35,624 nucleotides of DNA, taken from the NCBI GenBank assembly GCA_013115145.1, contig JAAPAO010000369.1, forward strand, positions 1 through 35,624. The letters run 5' to 3'. Made by a program: the position numbers and the translations under genes. Of this stretch, positions 25,501 through 35,624 are shown one piece after another (positions within the stretch are counted from its first letter, which is position 1; each line of letters opens with the position of its first letter). The DNA is from Perkinsus chesapeaki ATCC PRA-425 (lineage: Eukaryota > Protista > Perkinsozoa). The notes beneath the pieces are model-generated. The model did no database searches and was not told the origin of the DNA. It saw only the letters and a list, made by a program, of their open reading frames with translations.

Positions 25501-25716
25501 CCAGGGGACCACTGGGACAAACTGCAATTACCCAACTATTTACCAATACAATACGCTAATTAGACACAAGATTCGCATCATGAGTTCTTCCCGACAACAA
25601 CAGCAAGCACGAGAGCAAATCGATCATCTGGGCGAGCGCTACTTGCGCTATAGCGCAGCGCAAGATCGAAACTGCGTGAGCTAAGTCGATAGAACACAAC
25701 AATTGAGGGTAAGACA

Positions 25717-27237
25717 TTATTTAGACATCGGGGCATGTTCGGGCTGAAGGAATTGAGGAGGTTGCAAGTTAAAACGCGAAAGCGATAGTTTTCTGGATCG
25801 CTCCAGAGTCATCGGCAGTGGGCCTTGTGGGTTCAAACGAAGCTCGTGCCACTGAGAAGGGAAATCAAGTGACTTGCGTATAACTGAGGGAGCTGCAGCA
25901 GCTCACATCCGCTAGAGTTTGGACACCCTTTTGTCGTTGGGCGTCCGTAACACGATGATGGTTATTATATAAAGTTTCAAAGCCGCTTCGAATGATGCCC
26001 ATGTGAGTGAAGGCGGGGGAGGACGGTTGCGGCTGCAGACAGACGACACAGTGACAACAGCCTCATCAAAACGCTTCTTACTAAATCCACGACCACATTG
26101 TCCCGCTCGAAGCTTTTGCGGATTGCCCCGAAGGGATCACCGTGGCCCATACCAGGTATCAGAGATCCCTTACTCATGTAGTCCTCGTAAAATATAGTAT
26201 CGCTGCTCAGAACGCCAAACCTGTCACATACCCTCCCCACCATAATACACCTCACCGCATCTTTACCGTCTCATCAACTTCTTTGATATAAGACCCGGGT
26301 ACTCATCATGTTTCCATTTAGGCATGATCCAGTAACCAGAGCCAGTTTTATTCAGACGTTTAGCAGCCGAAACCAAAGCTGACATCGACACATCCATCCC
26401 TAGTGTATCGGGCATTCGATCGGAACGGCAGGCTCGTCGAAAAAGCCTTACCCTTCGATGTGGCATTCCCCGAGTCCCCTTTAACTCGCTTCGCTAGCGT
26501 AACCGCCAAGATCGGTTCAGTTCCACCACCCGCAGTCGCCTTAGCCGCTTTGCGATCCTCGTAGTTTTCATGCCTATAGCGACCATGCCTAGCCCCCCAC
26601 CGGCAATAGAGATGGCTTTACTTTGACAAGGTTACAGTTGAGCCATGGGAGACGTTGTAGAAGTTGATGCCAACTGAGTTTATCTTCAGCACTGCGCCGT
26701 ATGCCGATATCTGCTGCTCGTTTATGGATATCCCTGTTATCTACCGACGCATGCATTCAGAGCCAACGGGCGGAACCGATGGCAGAAAACCGGCGCAAAT
26801 CATGTTACGGCGGACGAGGCAGATATGAGACTGCAGTCACTATGCAATCTACCCACCTCGCATATCTCCTCCTTAAAACTCTTCCTCCGTCTCCTCCTTT
26901 CCCATACGGAATCACTCTTGCCCGAGCAAGGTCCGCGGGCATCAGCGTCAAATCCCCAGAGCTAACAAGCTCAATCTGGACTACACTAGAGTCACCCAAC
27001 TCACCTCAGTGAAGCGGTCGAGCTTGAGCTCCGGCGGCCCTACAGGCATATTGTAGGGCACCCAAATGTAAAAACTATCGCCACTTTGGGGAAGGTAGAC
27101 GTAAACCCGGATAAGGTCATCAAGGTCGGCGCAGTTCATCTTTCGCCCCTGCTAGGTAAGGTCTCAAGGTGCTAACCATCAGCAACCCTTACCCTCCCTA
27201 AAGGGCTCCGAGACGGCAATGTGTCATGCGTTTTCAT
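25717..27237 (-). CDS. Hypothetical protein, multi-exon
   Basis: In-frame GT-AG exon chain MKTHDTLPSRSPLGR|QGRKMNCADLDDLIRVYVYLPQSGDSFYIWVP... to ...SGYWIMPKWKHDEYPGLISKKLMR|RFGVLSSDTIFYEDY...|PQPSSPAFTHMG...|WHELRLNPQG...APMSK*. The middle junctions are uncertain and no family was recognised. Confidence 0.55.
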
Positions 27238-27679
27238 TGTCTTTAGTCTAATGAAGCCAAGGCCGCTTGGTCTCCGATAAGACTGTACAAAAGATCGAGA
27301 GTTACTCTAGTCATGCGACGGTTACCTGCTCAGTATCGTGAGATGTGTACACTGACGTGGTAGCTGTGGTTGGGCGTATGGAGGGGTACATGGATGACCT
27401 GGGATACTCGTCAGACTACGGCATCATTGCCGTCAATAGTTAAATTACGGTATAATATAGCCGCAATAAGAGCTTGTAGTTGGGAAATATTCTCGCGTAT
27501 CGAACGCGAGATCTCGACTGGTCTAGCCAACATAGTCGACTTTTCCGGCTAGCGAGATCGTTCGTTGAACGACTTCATAGAGTGGTTCAAAAAACCGTTT
27601 CGGAAATTTAGAAACAATACAATGAATGATTTAACCAAACGAAGAACGATTATGAAATCGCTTAACTCATCGGTGACTC

Positions 27680-28240
27680 ACTCGCCTGTCCGTTCGGTTT
27701 TCAGATTAGCCATAGCCAGCTCCTTCTCGTAAGCTATGCGCATGTTCTCTACCTGAGACGCAACAAGGCTACTGGGAGAGAGTACGGAAGGAGTAGCTTT
27801 GGCGAAGCTAATCTTCCTGCTCCATCAACCCTCTTTATAAGACCCACCTGTACGGTCAAATCCTCATCACTTATGTTTAGTTCGTCTTTCAGAACCATCA
27901 AGGCAGCGTTGTCAAGAAGTTTTGACACGCGTGTGCAGTAACAACGCGACGAAAAAAGCGCGCGCCCTAAAAACCCGTCGGTGCTCAAATGCGTGTTTCC
28001 GTCATTAGCCTCATTTGTAATTAAGACAGCAGCTCATCACGGCATATTCATTTGTAGAATACTGTTCGATTCACAACTGTGTAGCCGGACTGGAGGCTCG
28101 GAATCAACCTTAAGATACTTCGGTTGACAAAAGAATCAGCGTCGGCTCTATTGCCGCGTTCAGCATGAAAATATTGTTGACGAACTCGGCTGTCTCCTTA
28201 TGTAACAGAGCCATACTTGAGTACCAAAGACACATGTCCG
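27680..28240 (-). CDS. Hypothetical protein fragment(s), possibly coiled-coil
   Basis: Exon-like minus-strand segments MCLWYSSMALLHKETAEFVNNIFMLNAA..., LDNAALMVLKDELNISDEDLTVQ and VENMRIAYEKELAMANLKTER, with plausible splice sites. Boundaries are unresolved. Confidence 0.35.
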
Positions 28241-28351
28241 CTGCCTTCGAGCTCCGTATACCGTAATCGGCCAACTCATGGCGCTTTACGCTCGGTTTTG
28301 AGCAGTTCGTGGGACTTTGATTGTTTAGCTGTCCTTCTCCTCCTTTCCGCG

Positions 28352-30271
28352 ATGACTTCTAGTCTCTTAGCGGCCCTTCAATCAGGTGGCGGGAACAAAC
28401 GACGATCCTTCTTCGGCGGAGCTATTGTACGTCACTTTCTCACTTCAACGCGCCAAGCTCGAAACTCGGGATCGGTCCGCACTTTTTCGAGGTGTCCTCG
28501 GGCCTTGAAGAAAGGGCTAGGGCGGTATGACAGAGTTGAATCGAGACCGATTACTGTGGAATTGATCTCTGCTAAAATTACGCTATCACACGACGTCACT
28601 TGTCTGTTGTTTTGGCGACACTCTCCGTACAGGTTGAGCCCACGCCGCCGAACCGTTTCCTAGAAGCAGCGAAAACTGGCGATGAGGAAAGCATAAAGAA
28701 GTTCCTCGAAGATCCGAAGCATAAGGTCAGCCTTCTAAGAAGCGCTCATACAGATCTTCGCAGATCGACCAGAAGGATCCAGCCGGTGTGACAGCACTGA
28801 TGCATGGGGCTAAAAATGGTCACCTTGGGGTCTGCCAGGTAAGAGGAGCTAGACGGCGCAGAAGGCTTCTACTTGCTGCCCTCAGTTGCTGGCTACTGGT
28901 GGAGCTAGATTCTCGACAAAGGATGATGCTGGGGAAACAGCTTTGATGAAGGCATCCAAGAACGGGTATCTGGAAGTGATGCAGTAACGTGACGCATAGG
29001 CACTGCTGTTGGTGATGGCTGCCGGTAGATTCCTCATTGATACGCAAGTGGAGCAACGCCGGAAGGCGCAAGTTGTCAGCCTCACCGGCGGCAATGACAA
29101 GCAGTCCAAGACCGAGCAAAGGCGTGTGGTGGACGCCACTGACGATGAAGGTAACTGAGTTTGAGCTTTGTGATTTACCGAAGGCCCTCAGGTGTGACGG
29201 CATTGATGAAGACGGCCGAAGCTGGGCAGTTTGAAGCTGTCGAGCTGCTGGTGAACATAGGCGCAAATGTGGCCGCTAAGGACGATGAAGGGTACGCTTG
29301 CTGTTAGGGGACGCTGTCTTACGGCTTTTTTATCAGATGGAACGTGTTGATGTGGGCGGCCATGGCTGGGCAGTTGCATATTGTGGAGTGGCTCATCACA
29401 GAGCAGGCTCAGGAGGCTGATTACCAAACAGAGAAAGGCGAATCTCCGCTTATGAAGGTGAGACCAAAACTGTCTCCTTCGGACGACGCCTTTGTGTGGC
29501 CAGGCGGCTGCGAATGGTCATTGGGGCGTCTGTAAGTTCTTGCTCGAGAATGGTGCCAAAGTGAACTCTCACGATCACGAGTACCAGACGGCCATCATGT
29601 GGGCGGCGGCCAGCGGCCATCTGCCCACTGTGAAGGTGAGCCGCCCAGGGAAGCTCCGGTGAATTGTTTTTTCAGGGATTGGTGTCGTTTGACGCGAAGC
29701 TAGACGTTCAAACAAGAACGGGAAAGAATGTGCTTATACTTGCGGCCACCTTCGGCCGGTTTGAGATCTGCCAGTGAGTCGCACTGATGACAAGGTGCTG
29801 GTTGTTGCAAGAATGCGCGGCACAGGTACCTGATACAGGAATGCTCCATGAAAGTTGATACGCAAGACAACGAGGGCTTTAACGCGCTCTCTGCCGCGGT
29901 TGTGGTAGGAGCGAATGACTGTCAGCTGTGAACGATGACACTTTTAGATTGACGACAACAGACTTTGCGAGCTGCTCATTAAAAGCGGATGCCCGATAGA
30001 GGCACACACCACTCGAGGCGAGACCCCTCTCATCCTCGCCGCTCGGCATACTGCAGCGGAGTGCGCCAGGCTGCTCATACAGGCGAACGCCAACCTGTAG
30101 CGGTCTCCTCCTCCTGCTGTATTTAAAGAAGTGAATGTGCCTTCTGTCAGGTACACACCGGATGAGAACGGGCAGACTGCCATGGACCACGCTGAAGGAA
30201 CATTGAACAGTCGACTGGTGGACTTATTCCGACAAGCTCAGAGACTCCAGCCGCACCCTCGGGAGAATTAG
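28352..30271 (+). CDS. Ankyrin-repeat protein, copy 1 (about 10 repeats; start codon tentative)
   Basis: Exons from 28632 splice in frame and give repeated ANK motifs (GVTALMHGAKNGHLGVC, GETALMKASKNGY, GWNVLMWAAMAGQLHIVEWL, GESPLMKAAANGH, GETPLILAA), ending ...QPHPREN*. The ATG at 28352 fits through a phase-0 intron but is not certain. Confidence 0.88.
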
Positions 30272-31105
30272 ATATCCATATATTTATACCATACCAACAC
30301 GGTGTTGTCCAACGATGTTCACTCTAGCGAAGACGAGTTTAGTTTTTAATTTTAATTAATTACCATCTGAATTTGGTAAAGTAATTACATTAATTTCAAC
30401 GAGGACAGAGGCACCACCAGCGTTGGGATATCTCATCTGATCGTCATGGCGTATAATCTCGTCTGTGTTAAGAGATGACTGCACTCGACTTTACGACACT
30501 CTGTAGGGCGGCGGACCTTTACGACTCTTCCTTCAATTCTCTTTGCTGACCAACGGGAGTAGTCGAGCACATGCATGTATTACAACACTCCTAGATGGTC
30601 ACAGAGCCTGATTGACTCCGGTCAAAGTCGACTGACGAAAGGTTAAGATGAGAAATGATAGACTTAGAGTAGGATATTAGAACAGCAGCAGACAAGTCGT
30701 CTATCACACTGCTATACTGGTACGAGCTGTCACTTTGCGGCCATCCCCCACGTCAATGCCAAAGCCACGAATCTCTCTTACCTTGTGTTAGCCCTGCCCA
30801 TTTTAGTATATAAGACTGCGTCTTCTGCCAAACTCTCCCATTTACACGAATCCAAAACGATGTCCCTAGCACCAGGGGGGCTGATGTGGTTCTGAACACG
30901 ACAGTGACGTTACGATACAGAAGGAACGCCTTGCAGTCTGAATACCTCGCACACGATGACAAGGAGTAATGTAATGTGGCATCCATCCAGCCTCGAGGAA
31001 ATACCGCTGAGCACTACTGTAGCGTGGACGCATAAAGCTTCCTTGTTGAGGAACAATCGCTGACACAAATGGTCCATTTCGCCCACCAGACTTGTTACGG
31101 CTACA

Positions 31106-32773
31106 ATGACTAAGCCTGCTGTCCAACAACCGTCAGGAGAAATCGTGGATCACGAGCTGGACGAGAAGCAAGTGTCGGTAGAGTCCATTGAAGGTGGTGA
31201 CGAATACGATGAGTTCGTACCGCCTCCTTCGGTGATTGGCGGTCATCAAGTGAGAAACCGAGAGCAGCGGCACCTCTAGTGTAGTTGGACAGGCTAGGAT
31301 ACCGTTGATCACCGCGGCAGTTGAAGGGAAGATGGAAGAAGTTGAACATCTATTAACCTCTGGGAAATCTAAGGTTGGAGCGAGGACACAGCTCTGACGG
31401 CGGTTGGCATATTAGGTGGACGAAAAAGATTTTAACCGTCGAACGGCTCTGATGCACGCTGCTGCCAGGGGACTCGTGAACGTTGTTGAAGTCGGGTGAT
31501 GAAGACATGATCCGGATGGCATGGAGACTGTCAGGTGCTCCTCCGTCATGGGGCGAAGGTAACCGCCAAGGACCAGCGAGGCGAGACGGCCATCATGAAG
31601 GCTAGCAAGGGAGGACATGTCGACTGCATCAAGTGGGTCGCATTTTGGCTACTTTTCTATGGGATTCGCGCAGACTGTTGTTGGATGCTCAATTGAGAAG
31701 ACAGAGAGCATCGAGCACTGGGCTGACTCTGGAGGAGATGGCGGAGGTCACCAACTTCACCCTCTCGGAGAAGCAACGCATTCTCGATGTAAAGAATGAA
31801 GAAGGTACACGAGCTCCCACTTGCCGAATGCTACACGAGGATTCTTATCAGGTCAAACTGCTTTAATAAAAGCAGCGGAGGCAGGGTGCCTGGAATCGAT
31901 GAAGGCGCTGGTTCAGATGAAGGCATCCGTGGACACGCATGATGATGAAGGGTGCTGCACCTTACCATCGGCGTGACCGCTACGCCTCAGATGGAACGCG
32001 CTGATGTGGGCCAGTCTCGAGGGGCACCTGCCTGTGGTGGAATGGCTAGTAGAGGAGCAGCTGCAGGACGTCAACTTCGCCTCGGAGAAGACTTCAGAGT
32101 CTCCTCTCATAAAGGTGCATAATCTATAGGCGGAGTCATACAACTTGGAAAAGCCGTCATGTTCAGGCTGCCGTGAATGGCCATGTTGGGGTTTGCCGAT
32201 ATCTGATAAAGAGGGGTGCCAAAGTCAACCACCACGACTACAACTACCAGGACGCGCTCATGTGGGCTGCTGCCAGAGGCCATCTGCCGGTGGTTGAAGT
32301 ACTCACGGAGAGCCCGTCTACCTAGAACGTCCAAGCTTTGTAGTTGTTGCTCGGCCATGGTGCGAAAGTGAACCATCAAACCCGCACTGGTAAGACTGCT
32401 CTGATGCTCTCCTCCCTCTACGGCCACACTCATATCGCCAAGTAAGCGATACCTTCCGTGGAGCATGTTACTCGGATATCTTAGGTTCCTGCTGGACAAC
32501 GGAGCTAACATGGAGATCGAGGACGAGGACGGGTGCACAGCGCTCTTCTTCACCGTCGGGGTGGGCAGCAGGCTACTCGGGTGCAGGGCATATATCTGGC
32601 TGGGGTAGGCGGACGATCCAGAGACATGCGAGCTGCTCATCGAGCGTGGCTGCAAGATAGACGATAAGAATCATGAAGGTGAAACTGCAAGCATGCTAGC
32701 CGAGAGGGTAGCTGCCGAGAAGTGTGTAGAGGTTTTCGGGAGGCATACAGCTGAGACAGCTCAGGGCGCGTGA
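31106..32773 (+). CDS. Ankyrin-repeat protein, copy 2 (tandem paralogue)
   Basis: MTKPAVQQPSGE...|ARIPLITAAVEGK...|RRTALMHAAARG...|GETAIMKASKGGH...|GWNALMWASLEGHLPVVEWL...|GKTALMLSSLYGH...AQGA*. Intron positions match copy 1. Confidence 0.88.
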
Positions 32774-32866
32774 CGAACATGATTATTGTGTGCTTCGCTG
32801 TCTCCATGGAATTTGACATGCGTTCCTGTGTGAGTGTATCAATTGGTTCACTTGAAGGATCCGGAA

Positions 32867-33629
32867 ATGGGGATCCTGCGGCGGCTATTCGGCGGCCTTC
32901 TTGGCCTGCGTCGAACAAGAATGCGATTTATAGTTGTGGGGCTGGACAACTCTGGCAAAACAACATTACTGAACCAGCTCAAGCCTGCCAAGGTCAGGCT
33001 GCAATGGGTACTCCAGTATAGCACACGTGCCAACAGGTATCCCTCGAGACGGTTCCAACGGTTGGGTTCAGTATAGAAGAGTTCAGCAATCATGGCATCA
33101 ACTTCTGTGCATTTGACATGTCCGGGCAGGGAAAGTATCGGAGCCTCTGGGAGCACTACTATCCTGACTGCGAGGTGAGAGACGGTTGCCTCTTAGGCTG
33201 AGGACCTCGAATCTTTCAGGGCATCATCTTTGTTATCGATTCGACAGATCAGCTAAGATTTGCTGTGGCCCGAGAAGAGCTGCAATCAATGCTGCAATCA
33301 GTTGGTGGGTGAACTCAACAGAGACCTTCGAGCCTCCGTCTCAGAGCTTGCCGCTAAACCCAACGTGCCGGTTATCTTTTTCGCCAACAAGATGGATCTA
33401 TCTGATGCATCAACCCTCGAGGAAGTGTCTGCTGCTGTCGGACTGGATTTCATGAGCTCTCATCAAAGGCCCTTCCACGTCGTGTACAGCTAGCGGCTGC
33501 CAGCTCTTAACAGTGATCAGAGCAACGCGTCTCAGGCGATGTTGTGCTACTACTGGTGAGGGAGTAGAGGAGGGCATCATGTGGCTTGCCGAGACAGTTA
33601 AGAGGAATCGATCACGACAAGTGAAATGA
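32867..33629 (+). CDS. ARL6: ADP-ribosylation factor-like GTPase 6 (ARL6/BBS3), 5 exons
   Basis: MGILRRLFG N-terminus, P-loop GLDNSGKT, PTVGF, the ARL6-type switch-II motif FDMSGQGKYRSLWEHYY, GIIFVIDS, FFANKMD and CATTGEGVEEGIMWL. Confidence 0.9.
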
Positions 33630-34359
33630 AGTATATGCATGGCAATATGAAGAAAGTATTTCCAATCCACCTTTTATTGTCTTATTGAGTTATAGAAAGC
33701 TTCATGCAAATGCGAGAGTCGCTGTATGGTCCGCAATCTCTCACAGACGTGAAACGATATTGTAAAGCATCTCAAGTTGAGACTCTCAACCATGGGAAGG
33801 TTAGACCGTTCTTCTAAAAGGTTAAACCAAAAGTGAACCACGTCATTCCTTCATTATTCGAAGTACGTATCCGCTCGCTGTGAGTTTGCCACCGCAGTTG
33901 CTACTGTGAAGTGTCGTCGGGTGAACAGTCAGCGCTGGAGGAATCGCTCGGACACGAAGCCGTGCAGCAAACCTACCCTGTTGCTCACGAATCTTCCAGA
34001 GGGGATCTGGATTGTAGAAACAGGAGCGGCCGAGGCCGCTTCTTACGCGAGATCTACACGTTCGCTTGCGTGGGTAGCGGCATGCTGTCAGGCGTACCTT
34101 GCGCTGTGGGCAGCCGGGGTACAAACTCTGTATTACAGGTAGACGACACTCATGGATTGTCAAATTGTACAGAGTTGACGGCTCCTGTGTAGAATCCTCT
34201 TATTATGGATGCCAGGAATATCGTTTTGCTGGAGTTGTGGTTCGATTAGTTTTATTTGATCGGCTTAACTAAACTTGACAGAGAAAAGTGTAACATTACA
34301 ACTTAGTGAACATGGAGAGTAGACATCTGTACAGCAACATAAATCATGGCTCATGATTG

Positions 34360-34988
34360 TTAACCGAATATCTTGCATAAAGCATCGTTGGCTTCTTGCT
34401 GTTTACGCCCGTCGGCGTTTTGGGAAGTCGCGTAGGTTTTAACAAGGAAGCTTGTGGCCTTGTCACACGTATCTGTTCTCTCTGGCAGAACGATATCGTT
34501 GAGACTATCTTGAATAAGCATAGGTACTCCATCTACAACTAGCCGGCCACCCTTACTGACCCAATCAGTCATCTGTATCTCCCTCCCCTCGTCATTCGGG
34601 TCGGGCCTGTACCTACACATCGAGCAAAAATATATACTACGGCAAGAGACCTTTGACATACCCAAGATATTCCGTGTACGAATCCTCCTCTCCACCGTCC
34701 GTAGGCATGGTTCTTATTACAGCGTCACACCGCACATAATCTACAGCCAACCTGCCGGGCTTACTCTCCGAACCGGATTGCAGCCATATGGCCCAGCGCC
34801 CGGTAGGATGTTCACCATCCATAGAGCACTATAATGACAGATGAAATTTAGGAATGTATCAGCGCAGCATAGCCTACCAGCTGCCATTCCCTTTCATGAG
34901 GGGAGATGCTTCTCGTAATTTTGAAATTGCCCTGTCCACCAGCGGCAGCGATAACGGCATCGACAAGGAATATCATGAGGATGCTCAT
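34360..34988 (-). CDS. Hypothetical secreted protein (about 185 aa, 3 exons)
   Basis: MSILMIFLVDAVIAAAGG (signal-peptide-like)...EREWQL|CSMDGEHPTGRWAIWLQ...TEYLG|YRPDPNDE...CDKATSFLV...ALCKIFG*. Both introns are GT-AG and phase-consistent, and there are four Cys. Confidence 0.7.
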
Positions 34989-35624
34989 TGTCTTTCTGAG
35001 GTTAACGTTATGCATTTCGTAAGAACTGAAAACCTGCACGAGCATCTGGCACTACTGTATATGTATGTGAAGATATCGTAACACGCTAATAAGCTCGATA
35101 CAGGTGAGCGCCGGATGGTTGCAGCTTTCGGTTAGCTCATTGAGCTTTGACAGAATTGGCTCTATAACCGGTTCTGAATTTTGGAACTACACCTCGTCCC
35201 AGCCAAGTCTGACAAGTGGAGTCCACTTAGTGGACGCAAGAATACCAGCCTTCTACACAAGCTTGAGTCATTCTCAGTCTCCCTGTCTGAAGCTTCAATG
35301 CAACATCTGAGGAGCCCAAATGTTGCCTTGAAATTTGACCGAGTGCCATACTCCATGCTCGATACCACGAAAAACTGTTACATAAACGATTCATCCAATC
35401 TGATTGGATATATACCCTCAACTTGAAGGCCAAGGGATAAGGCAGCATGCATGAGAGGCATACGAAGACCATGATAGAGCATACAGGATCACACTGACAT
35501 ATCACACATAGCACTGTTGTGATATAGCACAGCGCCACTGTCGTACTTGGCTGTAAAATCCCATCGAACACGGGAGTGCGGGAGGAATACTCAAACCCGA
35601 AACCCGAACACACTCCAAAAGTTG

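Noticed and set aside
32107-32655. 182-aa minus-strand ORF
   Set aside because: It is antisense to ankyrin copy 2 exons.
33843-34192. Overlapping ORFs on both strands between ARL6 and the secreted gene
   Set aside because: No consistent start or splice chain could be established.
35593-35607. AAACCCG x2, telomere-like
   Set aside because: There are only two units, and they do not match a TTTAGGG-type array.

Overview
This is intron-rich eukaryotic genomic DNA, not prokaryotic. Most introns are 40-60 nt GT-AG, and the ORF track mostly shows single exons or antisense shadows. Short introns, tandem gene arrays, same-strand gene blocks and an ARL6/BBS3 gene suggest a flagellated protist, possibly a Perkinsus-like alveolate (inference, not tested). 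Gene models were spliced by hand, in this order. Plus strand: two tandem RING-HC (C3HC4_3-type) E3 ligase paralogues (260-1655, ~3437-5747), the second preceded by TM and zinc-ribbon exons; then five complete aldo-keto reductase (AKR) genes (6468-16971) with tRNA-Ala(AGC) at 10824-10896 between copies 2 and 3. Minus strand: an S28 serine peptidase, an IQ-repeat protein, a multi-pass membrane hypothetical and two further hypotheticals. Plus strand: two tandem ankyrin-repeat paralogues and ARL6. Minus strand: a small secreted protein. The most notable observation is compartment divergence in the AKR array: the first and last copies each have a signal-peptide exon and a C-terminal D-x-E-L tail (candidate ER-lumen AKRs), while the three inner copies look cytosolic. 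Copies 2 and 3 share a 239-nt near-identical tract that includes an identical intron (gene conversion). No CRISPR array, rRNA or convincing mobile element was seen.
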